This document shows, one piece after another, positions 11,267 through 22,316 of a stretch of 64,000 nucleotides of DNA. The number at the start of each line of letters is the position of its first letter. Within the stretch, counting starts at the first letter, position 1. Source of the DNA: an uncultured Methanosarcinaceae archaeon (lineage in GTDB: Archaea > Halobacteriota > Methanosarcinia > Methanosarcinales > Methanosarcinaceae); the NCBI GenBank assembly GCA_963833425.1, contig CAWHXP010000003.1, positions 448,001-512,000 on the forward strand, written 5' to 3'. A program made the translations under genes and the position numbers. Under the pieces are notes generated by a model that was given only the letters and a program-made list of their open reading frames with translations, made no database searches and had not been told where the DNA came from.

Positions 11267-12874
11267 ATGAAAGTGAAAGCAAATTTTATCAACTCTGCAA
11301 TCTGTGTATTAATAACGGTACTACTGATTCTTGGAATGATAACAGGTATCGTATACGCTTTAGATGGACAGTTGGGATATGGTGGATATTCAGGCAGAGT
11401 ATATTCAGACAATGGGTATTCAGGCAGAGTATTTTCAGACAACGGGTATTCAGGCAGAGTATACGCAGACAACGCTCAGGACAGAGGATATTCAGACAAT
11501 GGATCTTCAGACAGGGTATACTCAGACAAAGGTTATTTAGACACAGGATCTTCAGACAACGGGTTTCCAGACAGGGTATACGCAGACAAAGGTTATTTAG
11601 ACACAAGGTCTTCAGACAACGGGTCTCCAGACAGGGTATACTCAGACAAAGGTTATTTAGACACAAGGTCTTCAGAAAACGGGTCTCCAGATAGAGTATA
11701 CTCAGACAAAGGTTCTTTAGATACAGATTTTTTAGACACAGGATCTTCATACAACGGGTCTCAAGATAGAGGATATTCAGACAAAGCGCACTCAGATAAA
11801 TATTTTTTAGATACAAAGTACCCAGACAGAGGATATTCAAACAGAAGATATTCAGACAGAGGATATTCAGACAGAGGGTACACAAACAACAGATATTTGG
11901 ACAAAAAAAATACAACTGCTGGAAATTCACAGATTATAAATTCAAGTAATATATCTTTAAATACTGAAAATTCAAGCAACTGGGATTCAAACATCTTTAA
12001 TTTAAGTACTAATAATCTAAGAACAGGTAATCAGAGTGCGGTAAATCCAAGTATTAGAAACTCACAAACTACAAATCCAAGTAAAGGTTATTCAAATATC
12101 TTAAATTCGAGCTATAGAGACGACTGGGAGGGTGTGGGTTTCAGATACTCTAGTAGTTCAGGGATGAGCCTTGTTTCCAGAGAGCCAGAAGGCAATGTTG
12201 CTGCAAAGGAATTAGCCGCCAAGAATGTTACAAGCGGTAATCATACAATATATAGTTTCCCTGGAAGCCGTACATGCATTATATTTGTCGAATATGACAC
12301 AGAAAGAATACCTATCAAAGCGACAACAACGGTGGAAGAACTCAAGAGCAAATCCGTCTTTATTCCAAAACTTCCTGTCGGGAGAATATATAAACATGTA
12401 AATATATGGATAGGCAATGAAGGGGGAGACCTCCCTATATCTCTCAAAAACGGGTTAATAGGATTCAGAGTCGAAAAAGCATGGATTCACGATAAAAAAG
12501 GCAAAGAATCATTGATAGTCCTCCAAAGGTATAATAAAAGTTGGGAACCTCTATACACTGAAAAGATTGGAGAAGATAATGTTTATACATATTTTAGATC
12601 CAAAACACCTGGATTTTCCTCCTTTGTAGTAACTGAGTATACAGGAGAAGTAACACAAAATGGAGCTCAAGCTGAATCAAAATTAAAGGATACTTCAAGG
12701 AGTCGGGGAAAAGCCGGAAAAGTAGCAATAAAAGGAAGTTCAAATAATAATAATAATAACAATAATAACAATAATAATCGAGCAAAACAAGCAAAAGACG
12801 CAGCTAAAATATTAATGGCGATATCCTTGCCTCTGATCCTAGCAGGATATTTTGTTTTTAGGAAAAGACTTTGA
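11267..12874 (+). CDS. Cell-surface PGF-pre-PGF domain protein with N-terminal GYSD/RVYSD repeats
   Basis: Signal peptide, tandem repeats, EPEGNV..KEL...TTVEELK..KTPGFSSF PGF-pre-PGF domain, C-terminal TM plus basic tail. Confidence 0.88.
   Translation: MKVKANFINSAICVLITVLLILGMITGIVYALDGQLGYGGYSGRVYSDNGYSGRVFSDNGYSGRVYADNAQDRGYSDNGSSDRVYSDKGYLDTGSSDNGFPDRVYADKGYLDTRSSDNGSPDRVYSDKGYLDTRSSENGSPDRVYSDKGSLDTDFLDTGSSYNGSQDRGYSDKAHSDKYFLDTKYPDRGYSNRRYSDRGYSDRGYTNNRYLDKKNTTAGNSQIINSSNISLNTENSSNWDSNIFNLSTNNLRTGNQSAVNPSIRNSQTTNPSKGYSNILNSSYRDDWEGVGFRYSSSSGMSLVSREPEGNVAAKELAAKNVTSGNHTIYSFPGSRTCIIFVEYDTERIPIKATTTVEELKSKSVFIPKLPVGRIYKHVNIWIGNEGGDLPISLKNGLIGFRVEKAWIHDKKGKESLIVLQRYNKSWEPLYTEKIGEDNVYTYFRSKTPGFSSFVVTEYTGEVTQNGAQAESKLKDTSRSRGKAGKVAIKGSSNNNNNNNNNNNNRAKQAKDAAKILMAISLPLILAGYFVFRKRL
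11385..11900 (+). repeat. Coding tandem repeats (30-nt and 60-nt units)
   Basis: GGGTATTCAGGCAGAGTA... x3, then ~60-nt unit ACAGGGTATACTCAGACAAAGGTTATTTAGACACAAGGTCTTCAGACAACGGG x4. Confidence 0.9.
12743..12778 (+). repeat. (AAT/AAC)12 microsatellite encoding poly-Asn
   Basis: aataataataataataacaataataacaataataat. Confidence 0.95.
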
Positions 12875-13154
12875 AAAATTTTATTTTCTTTCATCAATTA
12901 TGGCACAAATATGGATGCATAAATAAAAACTTGTACCTTTATGCTTGGCATCGTCAGGCATATAATATTTTGTCAAAATTTGCAGGGTACATATATATCT
13001 ACAAATAGTTATATATATATTCTCTTTTGTAAATTATCCTTATTTTTCCCCGCAATCTAAAATCGATAGTCAGAAGTTAACCCAATATCATGCTATGAAG
13101 ATCCAATTAGTCACATATTCTTCGAGAGCTCCGGTTATTTTGCGAGTTTCCGAT

Positions 13155-14126
13155 TTAGTACTCCCTTGTAATCATATAGTCTGCAAGCTGAAGGAGAATC
13201 TCTTTTTCAGGGCAGTCTCCCAGAGCATCTAGCTTTGATTTGCCCTCGTTTATGTATGAAATTGCAAGATCCTTTACGTAATCAATGGATCCGCACGCGG
13301 TTAAAATCCTGACGGTTTCATTTGTTTCTTCCAGGGTAGCTTTTCCTTTCCCGAATATATCTAGTTTTATACCTTTAGCGAATGCATCAATTACGATAAG
13401 AGTATACTTCCCTTCCATAAGGTCGCTACCCCTTACTTTTCCGAGCACTTCTTGCGGAGTGACCATGTCCAGAACATCATCATACATCTGGAAACCGATT
13501 CCTATAAGGCGGCCATACTCAGATAACGCTTCTGCAACTTCATCAGAAGCTCCTCCAAGAAGAGCTCCGATCTTGGCTGCAGCTGCGTAAAGAACGGATG
13601 TCTTTTTTTCCACCATCTCAATATATTCATATTCTGTAACTTTTTCTCTCTTTTCAAACTCAATATCAAGCCACTGACCTTCACAGATTTCAGTACAGGT
13701 CTTTGAGAGAATATCAATGCATTTCAAAATCCTTACAGATTCATTTTCAACCTTCGACAGAATCTGGAAAGCCCTAGAATAAAGAGTATCTCCTGCAAGA
13801 ATTGCTCCTGCTTCACCCCATATTTTATGGACTGCAGGCATCCCCCTACGGATATCGTCTTTATCCATTATATCATCATGAATTAGGGTGAAATTGTGTA
13901 TAAGTTCAACGGCCACTGCTGTCGGTAAAACAGATTTCATATCTGAACCTACAGCTTCAGCTGCCAAAATAAGGACTGCTGGACGAAGACGTTTTCCACC
14001 AGCATCCACTAAATAGCGAGAAGCTTTATAAAGTTCTTCTGGATGAGTTATCGGAAGGAGCTCATCAATTGCTGCATCGACATGGATGCTTCTTTTTCTG
14101 ATCTCATCAATTAGCGTCATAATCAT
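13155..14126 (-). CDS. idsA: Geranylgeranyl/short-chain isoprenyl diphosphate synthase
   Basis: GGKRLRP, HDDIMD.D..RRG (FARM), GQWLD, FQMYDDVLD (SARM). Confidence 0.93.
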   Translation of the reverse strand: MIMTLIDEIRKRSIHVDAAIDELLPITHPEELYKASRYLVDAGGKRLRPAVLILAAEAVGSDMKSVLPTAVAVELIHNFTLIHDDIMDKDDIRRGMPAVHKIWGEAGAILAGDTLYSRAFQILSKVENESVRILKCIDILSKTCTEICEGQWLDIEFEKREKVTEYEYIEMVEKKTSVLYAAAAKIGALLGGASDEVAEALSEYGRLIGIGFQMYDDVLDMVTPQEVLGKVRGSDLMEGKYTLIVIDAFAKGIKLDIFGKGKATLEETNETVRILTACGSIDYVKDLAISYINEGKSKLDALGDCPEKEILLQLADYMITREY

Positions 14127-14156
14127 CACAGGGATATGGAATATACTTCTATGCAA

Positions 14157-15500
14157 TTATTCTTCGATATATAGCACTTCACCGTTTCTGAGAAGATGTA
14201 CTGTACTTCCTAGTACATACCCAGCGTCTTCAGCCATCTCTATGTAGTGCCCGTGCATCTCCAGATCCCCATGGGCAGGGATTACATGCTCCGGATTCAC
14301 CATTCTCAGAAGTTCCCAGTGGTCTTCTCTATAAGCATGCCCTGATACATGCACATTGTCATAGATCCTGGCTCCTCTCATTCTGAGTTTGGTTTCAAGG
14401 GCGTAGCGGTTAGCCTGAGTCATCGGGCTTGGAATCACATTTGCTGAGAAAATGACCCTGTCTCCTGGTTCTATTGCATAGGGAGTTTCTCCATTCGCAA
14501 CGCGCACAAGTATTGAACCTGGTTCTCCCTGGTGGCCGGTAACGATTGGGAGGTACTTGTTCTTCCCCTCCTGCATGATGCGTTTGAAAGCACGATCGAT
14601 GTCTTTTCTGAGACCGTAGATTTCCACATTTGAGGGTAATTCCAGATAGCCAACATCTTTGGCAGCTCCAAAATAGCGTTCCATTGAACGACCCATAAGT
14701 ACAGGAATTCTGCCCATTTCCTCAGCTGCTTCAATAATAGCTTTCAGCCTGGCAATATGGGAGGCAAAGGTTGTAATTATCATTCCGACATCAGCTTCTT
14801 CTGTTCCAAGCAGTACGTCCCTTACCATATCTTTTGCAATTTGTTCCGAAGGAGTTTTTCCTGACCGTCCGGCATTTGTGCTCTCTACAATCATTGTAAT
14901 CACACCTTCCTTTCCAAGAGATTTAAGGCGTTCGAAATCAGGAGCTGTACCAATTGTCGGAGTCCTGTCCAGTTTGAAGTCGCAGGCATAAAGGACTGCT
15001 CCAACTGACGTGTGAATAGCTGCAATAACACAGTCTATGATACTGTGCTGAACGCCGATGAATTCGATGGAAATTTCGTTTGTGACCTGGTAAGTCCCAC
15101 CAGCACTGAGAGAAATAACCCTATTGCAAACCTCGAACTTGCGCTCAGCCTCGATTTGTTGTTTGATAATGACCGCAGTGTATGGGGTAGCTAGAATGGG
15201 AGCATTGTATCTGTGAGCAAGTTTTGGAATCGCTCCTACATGATCAAGATGCCCATGAGTACACACAATTGCCCGAACAGTTCCATTGATTTCTTTCATG
15301 ATAGTATCATCAGGAATTGCACCCATTTCGATCAGTTCGAGAGAATGCATTTTGTCAATTTCGACATCTTCATGAATCTGGACTCTGTCAAGTCGAAGTC
15401 CCATGTCCAAAATAATAACATCTTCACCTACGACTACTGCCGTCATGTTCCGGCCCATCTCATTATAGCCGCCGATTGCAACAATTCCTATTTCAGCCAT
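14157..15500 (-). CDS. rnj: Ribonuclease J (beta-CASP metallo-beta-lactamase)
   Basis: GGYNEMGRNM, THGHLDHVGA, HSI, DFKLD, GHQGEP, HVSGHA, PAHG. Confidence 0.95.
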   Translation of the reverse strand: MAEIGIVAIGGYNEMGRNMTAVVVGEDVIILDMGLRLDRVQIHEDVEIDKMHSLELIEMGAIPDDTIMKEINGTVRAIVCTHGHLDHVGAIPKLAHRYNAPILATPYTAVIIKQQIEAERKFEVCNRVISLSAGGTYQVTNEISIEFIGVQHSIIDCVIAAIHTSVGAVLYACDFKLDRTPTIGTAPDFERLKSLGKEGVITMIVESTNAGRSGKTPSEQIAKDMVRDVLLGTEEADVGMIITTFASHIARLKAIIEAAEEMGRIPVLMGRSMERYFGAAKDVGYLELPSNVEIYGLRKDIDRAFKRIMQEGKNKYLPIVTGHQGEPGSILVRVANGETPYAIEPGDRVIFSANVIPSPMTQANRYALETKLRMRGARIYDNVHVSGHAYREDHWELLRMVNPEHVIPAHGDLEMHGHYIEMAEDAGYVLGSTVHLLRNGEVLYIEE

Positions 15501-16604
15501 ATTTTTTAACCTCTTATTTTAATTTTTATCCCTTTGAAACCGAAACCTAAAAACAGATATCAGATAACGGTCTAAAGCAATGACTCTGAATATAAGCAAT
15601 ATAGTACGATAATTTGGAATCAGCCTTAGAAAAGCCATTCATTATAACACTTATTGGGAAGAAATCATTCATTTTTTGAATGAATTTTACTAAATATCTT
15701 GCAGAGTGATTTTACAATATAAATATATATATATGCAAATATATGCTGATTTACATAGTATACATATTTAACTATATGTATATTTCTTAATTGACACATA
15801 CTTTCAAGCATTTTCCCAGATTTTAGAAACCACTTTCAATCCATACTTTTGTAATTATTGTGAAAAAATTTTCACTACCTTCAAAGATAAGTGTCGAGAT
15901 ATTAAGTCCATTAACATATCTCTTTTGCGTACCTTCCCCTAAAACTATTGAAAATTTCTGTAAACCTCTCATTTCAACAAGTTGCCTATATATGCTTTAT
16001 ACACACTGGCTACAAATTGGAGTTTATTGAACTCCTATATTATTTTTCAATTATTAATTCTCCTAAACCATTTTTGCTTAAACTATTCTTATTTTGATGA
16101 CTTATTAAGGTAATTCTTAATTAATGACCTTTATGAATTACGTGCTTTACTAAAAAGTGACGCTTATTCAATGATCTGAGCCCGAGAACTATAAGATTAA
16201 TTCTTTGCTGTTACCTATTTATTGTAAATTATAATTATGATGAATCGAGATTATAAGGATCAATAAATTTTTAAAGAAATTACTTTCCAAATTTCTAAAT
16301 ATTCTAATAATACACAGGTAATTCGTAATAAAGATGAATATTTCATTTTTTTATGCATCCCTAAATATAATGATCAAATTGATCTTTTCCACGGTATAGA
16401 ACATAAACTGCCTATCATAATCCCCTGATAAGCATGAACTGTTGCTCAGTTTGTATTAACGGTTTATTCAGAAACATTACTTTCATAGTATGTATAAATA
16501 TTGTCATGTGAAAAGTTTTGTTGAACCAATCGGCATCATATTTTACCTAATGATGTAAATTTCAATAAGAATATGATAAAAGGCAATAATACCTATGTAG
16601 TACC

Positions 16605-17702
16605 TTAAGATATTTCTCTTGGCGTGGCATAGTCTTTTAAGTTAAAACCGCGCTGACCAAGGTACTCACGAGTCCAACCAGTAACTACCACAGGGGCATT
16701 ACGCAGATCCTGTATATTTGCACAACCACAAAGAAACATTGAGGCTCGAAACTCATTCAGCATTCGAGAAAGGACGCTCACAACAGCTTCTTTTCCTTCA
16801 AATGCAGGACCTACAAAAGGCATAGCTGCACTTGCAGCACTGGCCCCAAGAGCAATTGATTTCGCGATATCGAGTCCTGTCCGGACCCCACCAGTTGCGA
16901 TAATTGGGAGGGAAACCCTGGATTCTATGATACTAGCAACAGTGGGGATTCCAAAGTCCCAAAAAAGTCCCCCCATATGTTCTGAGACAAAATCTCCACT
17001 TTCTCTGGCCCTGTAGGCTTCAACTCCTGCCCAGCTAGTGCCACCTACACCCCCAACATCAATTGCAGACACACCTGCTTTTTGGAGAAGAAGAGCGTCT
17101 TCATTTGAAATTCCAGCTCCTGTTTCTTTAACCATTACTGGAGTAGTCAGTACAGAACAAATCTCTCTAATCATATCCAGACAACCAGTTGCGTCTGTAT
17201 CTCCTTCTGCCTGGATGGCTTCCTGTAGAAAATTAAGATGAATAGCAATAGCATCGGCATCAATCATTTCGACTAGTTTTTCGACTCCATCAACACCATA
17301 CTTGCGGATTTGAGCAGCGCCCACATTCCCGTAGACAAAAGCATTGGGAGCTTTTTCCCTTACAATTCTGAAAGATTCTTCTTGGGAAGGATCATCAATA
17401 GCTGCTCTCTGGCTGCCAACTCCTATTCCCACTCCCAGTTCTTCAGTTGCAGATGCAAGTGCAGCATTTATTGGAATAGTATCTGGGTGTCCTCCAGTAA
17501 TTGAAGCAATCAAAAAAGGAGCTTTTAGATGTTTTCCGAGAAGATCCACAGACAGATCTATCTTATCCATATCGAGTTCCGGAAGTGCCCTATGGATAAG
17601 CGTCACATCCTCAAATCCCGCACTGACATTTTGTGATTCCACTGAGTTTTTAACACATACTTTCAAGTGTTCGATCTTTCGCCTTGAGGTATTATTGATC
17701 AT
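16605..17702 (-). CDS. fni: Type 2 isopentenyl-diphosphate delta-isomerase
   Basis: RRKIEH, ASITGG, GVGSQR, HLNFLQE, VKETGAG, GGTSW. Confidence 0.96.
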   Translation of the reverse strand: MINNTSRRKIEHLKVCVKNSVESQNVSAGFEDVTLIHRALPELDMDKIDLSVDLLGKHLKAPFLIASITGGHPDTIPINAALASATEELGVGIGVGSQRAAIDDPSQEESFRIVREKAPNAFVYGNVGAAQIRKYGVDGVEKLVEMIDADAIAIHLNFLQEAIQAEGDTDATGCLDMIREICSVLTTPVMVKETGAGISNEDALLLQKAGVSAIDVGGVGGTSWAGVEAYRARESGDFVSEHMGGLFWDFGIPTVASIIESRVSLPIIATGGVRTGLDIAKSIALGASAASAAMPFVGPAFEGKEAVVSVLSRMLNEFRASMFLCGCANIQDLRNAPVVVTGWTREYLGQRGFNLKDYATPREIS

Positions 17703-17705
17703 ATT

Positions 17706-18488
17706 TCATACCATTTCATCCGGACTAATTCTGGTCCCTATGGATTCTCCATTTAAGAATTTGTGTATGTTATCTGCTTTTCCTGCATTGAATATATATG
17801 AAGTAATACAAGATGCTTTGGTAAGCTCCAGAAGTTCCTGTACCTTCCCAAGCATGCCGCCTGTAACATCAGTGCTTTCTGAGCTCCCTATATAATTTTT
17901 TAATTGTTCAAATTTCTTAGGTGTAATCTCAGGTACAGGTTCTCCATTTTTATCGAGCACTCCATCCTCTGCAGACCCCAGTCCAAGCCTGGTTACTCCA
18001 AGCTCCTTTGCAATGTAAGAAACAATCTGATCTCCTGAAAGGACAGAGGTCCCGAGTTCAAGATCCATAACAATATCTCCGTGCAGTACCGGGACAAAAC
18101 CGTTCTTTAGCATGAGCCTCATGCTATCAAGGTACATGCTTTCTATCCGTCCTTTTCTGCAAACTGCACAGCCCATAGGATGTATAGCTACAGCCCGAAC
18201 TTCAAAGTGGTTCAGAGAATCTACCACCATGGATGCCAGTTTTTTGACGGATTCATGGGTTACAATAGCTCCTTTAAGATTAAAAATCCTGTCAAGCCCG
18301 TATTTTCTGGCGTAGGCATGCCCAAAGGAACCAGCACCATGCACGATAATCATATTCCCTTTAAATTCGGAAACTTCCTGCGCAATCCTTAGGAGATCAG
18401 ATGCCCTTACAACTCCTTCATCTGCTTTTTTGTCGGTAATGACACTGCCTCCGAGCTTCAGGATAACAGTTTCTGTTAGTACTACCAT
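17706..18488 (-). CDS. ipk: Isopentenyl phosphate kinase
   Basis: LKLGGSVITDK, HGAGSFGH, PVLHGD, SGD, DVTGGMLGK; mevalonate cluster context. Confidence 0.93.
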   Translation of the reverse strand: MVVLTETVILKLGGSVITDKKADEGVVRASDLLRIAQEVSEFKGNMIIVHGAGSFGHAYARKYGLDRIFNLKGAIVTHESVKKLASMVVDSLNHFEVRAVAIHPMGCAVCRKGRIESMYLDSMRLMLKNGFVPVLHGDIVMDLELGTSVLSGDQIVSYIAKELGVTRLGLGSAEDGVLDKNGEPVPEITPKKFEQLKNYIGSSESTDVTGGMLGKVQELLELTKASCITSYIFNAGKADNIHKFLNGESIGTRISPDEMV

Positions 18489-18568
18489 GCCATATCACTT
18501 AATATATTAAATAAATTTCAATCTCTTTTATGAATAATCGCAAAATAATTAAATGAAAATTCGAACTG

Positions 18569-19474
18569 CTAGTGTAATTTCAGGCCCTGTTTCGTTGATT
18601 TTGTAATGGTCACGTACCCTCCTGCTTTTGAAATAGCTTCACCAACCTGTTTACATCTATCAGGAGCCGTGAGTGCAAACATACATCCTCCACCGCCAGC
18701 GCCTGTAATCTTAGCTCCAAAGGCTCCAGCTCTCCTAGATGAGTAAATTAAACTAGAAAGCTCAATAATATTTACTCCCAAAGCATCTAGAAGTCCTTGA
18801 TTTATATTCATAAGTCTGCCGATCGAGGAATAATCACCTGCCAAGACAAGAGATTCACCCATTCGAGATATTTTACCAATAGAAGCCATTAGAGGCTTGA
18901 TAAGTTCTGGATAACTTCCATAGAGCTTCCTGACATTTGCGACAAGCTCCTTTGTAGAAGAAAAAATACCTGTGTCTCCGATCACAATACCACAGTCCGG
19001 AATTCTCAGTTTCCTCCTTTCAGGAATTATAACAACTCCTCCAAATGTAGAGACATAAGTATCAGTTGGGCTTGCAACTCCCTGGACCTGAAGCTCTATT
19101 TCATGGCCAAGTTTTGCGATCTCTTCGAGAGAAAGTCCGCATTCAAACATCTCATTGAGAGCTCCGATACTTGCTATCGTCACCGCAGATGATGATCCGA
19201 GTCCTGAACCCACGGGGATTTCAGACTCAATTTCTAAGAAAATACCCTTTATCGGTGCATTTTTCTTCATTTTCTCGATAACTAAGGTGATGTAGGGATG
19301 TTTTTCAAAATCGATACCTGTTCTACCAATTTGCGACTGAATTATTATGGAATCGTTAAGTTCTACTTTCACTCGTGTTCTCAGATCAATTGCACATGCT
19401 ATTGCAGTTTCTCCATAAACTACTGCATGTTCTCCGAAAAGATAGATTTTCCCAGGCGCAGAACACGAAACCAT
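18569..19474 (-). CDS. mvk: Mevalonate kinase
   Basis: APGKIYLFGEHAVVYG, PVGSGLGSS, KITGAGGGG. Confidence 0.96.
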   Translation of the reverse strand: MVSCSAPGKIYLFGEHAVVYGETAIACAIDLRTRVKVELNDSIIIQSQIGRTGIDFEKHPYITLVIEKMKKNAPIKGIFLEIESEIPVGSGLGSSSAVTIASIGALNEMFECGLSLEEIAKLGHEIELQVQGVASPTDTYVSTFGGVVIIPERRKLRIPDCGIVIGDTGIFSSTKELVANVRKLYGSYPELIKPLMASIGKISRMGESLVLAGDYSSIGRLMNINQGLLDALGVNIIELSSLIYSSRRAGAFGAKITGAGGGGCMFALTAPDRCKQVGEAISKAGGYVTITKSTKQGLKLH

Positions 19475-19672
19475 ATTACTCCTCTGTAATTCTTATTTTT
19501 GATTTAAACATGTAAATAAATTAATTTATTATTTTGAATTTGGAATTGAATTTTATAGGCAGTATGCAGTTAGATAAAAGTAATATTCCTAAAAACTTAC
19601 CCAGCATAAATGAATAGAACTATTCCGGTTAGTAGAATCTAAAACTAGTGGGCTTAATTTTCCTAAAAATCT

Positions 19673-20470
19673 CTATTCTACAATAATCGCAGCATATCCC
19701 ACAACTGCATTCATATCTCCTGAAATGGCTCCACTATTAGTATAATTAAGAAGAGTTGCTCGACTTCCCCCAAGTTTTCCAGAGGCTGTGAGCATCGCAG
19801 CAATAGGCCCATATCCACATACAGATGCGTTTCTCTTGTAGAGACGGTCATACATTTCGGATACATTTAGATCCAAAATAGCCTCAATGATTTCATTATC
19901 TATTTCCCTCGCACTTTGTGCAGACTGATAATGGGTAAAATCGCTCGAAGCTATGAAAACGACTTTTTTTCCGCTTTTGGAAACAAGATTGGCAACAAGG
20001 TTTCCCACCTCAACTGCGGTTTCCTCATCCTGCATACCCATGCAAATGGGTAGTATCCTAAAAGATCTTCCGAAAAGATATTGGAGAAAAGGGATCTGCA
20101 CTTCAATAGAATGTTCATATCTATGCCCAAGCTCGTCCACGTCAACGATGCTCCCTAATAATCCATCAACAAGTTCTACATCAACCTCTGCGATTCCCAA
20201 GGGAGTCTCCCATGTATCTTTGGATGCAGATACAGGTGAGCCGTATCCAGTATGATTTGGACCAATGAGGACATAGGTATCAGCTTTAGGGATGGTTGCA
20301 TAGACATCTGCAGCTACTTTCCCAGAATATACATACCCTGCATGTGGACAAACAGCTCCGAGAATATTTCGTTCTCGGATTTCCAGACCTTTAAAACATC
20401 TCTTGAGTTCCTCTTCTAGATATCCAGGATTCAGGGGATAAAACTGCCCTGCGACTGCTGGCCGTCTCAT
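19673..20470 (-). CDS. MEMO1 family protein (AmmeMemoRadiSam protein B)
   Basis: RRPAVAGQFYP, PHAGYVYSG, GPNH, EHSIEVQ, ASSDFTHY, CGYGP. Confidence 0.94.
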   Translation of the reverse strand: MRRPAVAGQFYPLNPGYLEEELKRCFKGLEIRERNILGAVCPHAGYVYSGKVAADVYATIPKADTYVLIGPNHTGYGSPVSASKDTWETPLGIAEVDVELVDGLLGSIVDVDELGHRYEHSIEVQIPFLQYLFGRSFRILPICMGMQDEETAVEVGNLVANLVSKSGKKVVFIASSDFTHYQSAQSAREIDNEIIEAILDLNVSEMYDRLYKRNASVCGYGPIAAMLTASGKLGGSRATLLNYTNSGAISGDMNAVVGYAAIIVE

Positions 20471-20541
20471 TTAAAATCACCATATTGGATATGGATGTTT
20501 TTTTATATATCCTTGCCAGTATGCAGGTGTGTCTTTGGGTA

Positions 20542-21282
20542 TCAGAGAGGAGTTTCAAAATCGGTTAACTCGTAATTGAAAGTAGTACCATTGAGCCTGG
20601 AGACTTCCCTTGCAAGCAACCAGTAAACAATGGAAAGAGCTTTTCTGCCTTTGTTGTTTGTGGGAATTACAAGATCCACGTTTGAAATAAGGTTGTTAGT
20701 ATCGCAAAGTGCTATAACAGGTACTCCAATACTTGAAGTTTCCTTCAGAACTTGGGCATCTCCTGCAGGATCAGTCACAATTACAACATCAGGCTCAAAA
20801 AAGCCATAGATCTGTGGATTTGTCAGAGAACCGGGAATGAATCTTCCAAGCATTGCCCTTGTACCAAGAGCTCTAGAAAACATCCTCGCAGGATGTTGAC
20901 CGTACTGTCTTGAAGAAACAACAAGAATTCTTGATAGATCATAATGAGATAGCAATTTTGATGCAACTTTGATTCTTTCATCCGTTGACTGGATGTCAAG
21001 AACATATAATCCATCAGTTCTAACCCTGTATACGAAACGCATCATATCCTGGGTCTTTTGTTGGGTTCCGATGTGAACACCTGCTGCCAGGTATTCGTCA
21101 ATGGGCACAAGGGATGTAGTCCCTTCTTTAGCAGAAGCTTCGTCGTCAGATTCTACAGGTACATATTTGGTTTTTGTTGTGGCTTCCCTTTCAGGTGCAA
21201 GTTTTGCTTCAGCCACAGTATTCTCTTCAGGAGAATGCTGTGCTTCGTTTTCCTCCTGCACTGTTTCCTCAATTTCCTCCAT
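20542..21282 (-). CDS. rps2: 30S ribosomal protein S2 with acidic N-terminal extension
   Basis: [30 protein letters not shown]. Confidence 0.97.
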   Translation of the reverse strand: MEEIEETVQEENEAQHSPEENTVAEAKLAPEREATTKTKYVPVESDDEASAKEGTTSLVPIDEYLAAGVHIGTQQKTQDMMRFVYRVRTDGLYVLDIQSTDERIKVASKLLSHYDLSRILVVSSRQYGQHPARMFSRALGTRAMLGRFIPGSLTNPQIYGFFEPDVVIVTDPAGDAQVLKETSSIGVPVIALCDTNNLISNVDLVIPTNNKGRKALSIVYWLLAREVSRLNGTTFNYELTDFETPL

Positions 21283-21345
21283 AAAGTCACCTCATAAAAT
21301 AGAATAAAAAATATTCGATATATTAAAATGAATCCCACTATTTTT

Positions 21346-21528
21346 TTATTTGATTTTACGCTTGGTTGTGATAGGGATAACTCCGGCTTTTAATTCTTCA
21401 ATAGCAATACTCAGAGGATCCAGCCGTCCATCGTCTTCAATAAGGACAGGAGCTCCCATTGCAATTTGCAACGCTCTTGCACCTACAATACGCGCACGTT
21501 CGAACCTAGTATATATTTCCTTGACCAA
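21346..21528 (-). CDS. rpoK: RNA polymerase subunit K (Rpo6)
   Basis: [21 protein letters not shown]; probable TTG start after GGTGAT RBS. Confidence 0.95.
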   Translation of the reverse strand: MVKEIYTRFERARIVGARALQIAMGAPVLIEDDGRLDPLSIAIEELKAGVIPITTKRKIK

Positions 21529-21643
21529 CTGATCACCCTGAAAACTCAAAAATGCACACATGAAAATCAATAATCTAAAAGTGTGATGTATTTGATATTT
21601 AGCACATACATGATTGAAAACCAGTACCCTTTAAACAGGGAAA

Positions 21644-21718
21644 TGGGACCGCTGAGATTCGAACTCAGGTTCCGGCGTCCCGAACGCCGAAGGATGGACC
21701 AAGCTACCCTACGGTCCC
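21644..21718 (-). tRNA. tRNA-Pro (CGG)
   Basis: GGGACCGTAGGGTAGCTTGG..CGGCG TT CGG GA CGCCG..GTTCGAATCTCAGCGGTCCCA. Confidence 0.95.
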
Positions 21719-21907
21719 TTACTGGTATGGTGAAAGCACATCAACAAGTTCGACGTGGCTTAAGATCATTCTGCGACAGCAGTAGCGGGTGATCCCTAGA
21801 TCATCCAGTACTAAGGCACTTTCTTCTCCATCGTTGACGCGTCTTTTATACTCATCCCAATAGTTAGAGATTACTTTTCCACATGAAAAACATCTGACTG
21901 GGATCAT
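21719..21907 (-). CDS. rpoN: RNA polymerase subunit N (Rpo10)
   Basis: [11 protein letters not shown]...RYCCRRM. Confidence 0.97.
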   Translation of the reverse strand: MIPVRCFSCGKVISNYWDEYKRRVNDGEESALVLDDLGITRYCCRRMILSHVELVDVLSPYQ

Positions 21908-21911
21908 AGTT

Positions 21912-22316
21912 CTACCTGTAAGATTTCTGATATTTGGCCCTTGCTCCAGGTCCACCAAAGTTCTTTGATTCTTTCTGCCTGGAATCACTCACAAGTAAAC
22001 TTCGATCATAGTTTGCGAAGTTGTCTCTGACAATTGTGTCATTCGTCCATTCCACAATACCCCTAGCAACAGCTGTTCTCACTGCATTAGCTTGCCCAAC
22101 AATTCCACCGCCTCGAACATCTACATTAATGTCAATCCCGGAAACTATTTCGTTTCCTGCGATCATCAAAGGTTCGGAGATCTTCATCATCGAAATCTTA
22201 GGGGTGTATAACTCGAGTGGAATTTTATTGATCCTTATCCTCCCATTTCCCCTGGTAACTGTTGCACGTGCAGTTGCAGTCTTATGCTTTCCGGATGAAT
22301 TAACTACTTTGACCAT
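21912..22316 (-). CDS. rps9: 30S ribosomal protein S9
   Basis: [31 protein letters not shown]. Confidence 0.97.
   Translation of the reverse strand: MVKVVNSSGKHKTATARATVTRGNGRIRINKIPLELYTPKISMMKISEPLMIAGNEIVSGIDINVDVRGGGIVGQANAVRTAVARGIVEWTNDTIVRDNFANYDRSLLVSDSRQKESKNFGGPGARAKYQKSYR

Noticed and set aside
11260..11994. Alternative-frame repeat ORFs (RQRVF / ILCLN repeats) and possible CRISPR array
   Set aside because: These are shadows of coding tandem repeats. The units are contiguous with no unique spacers, so this is not CRISPR.
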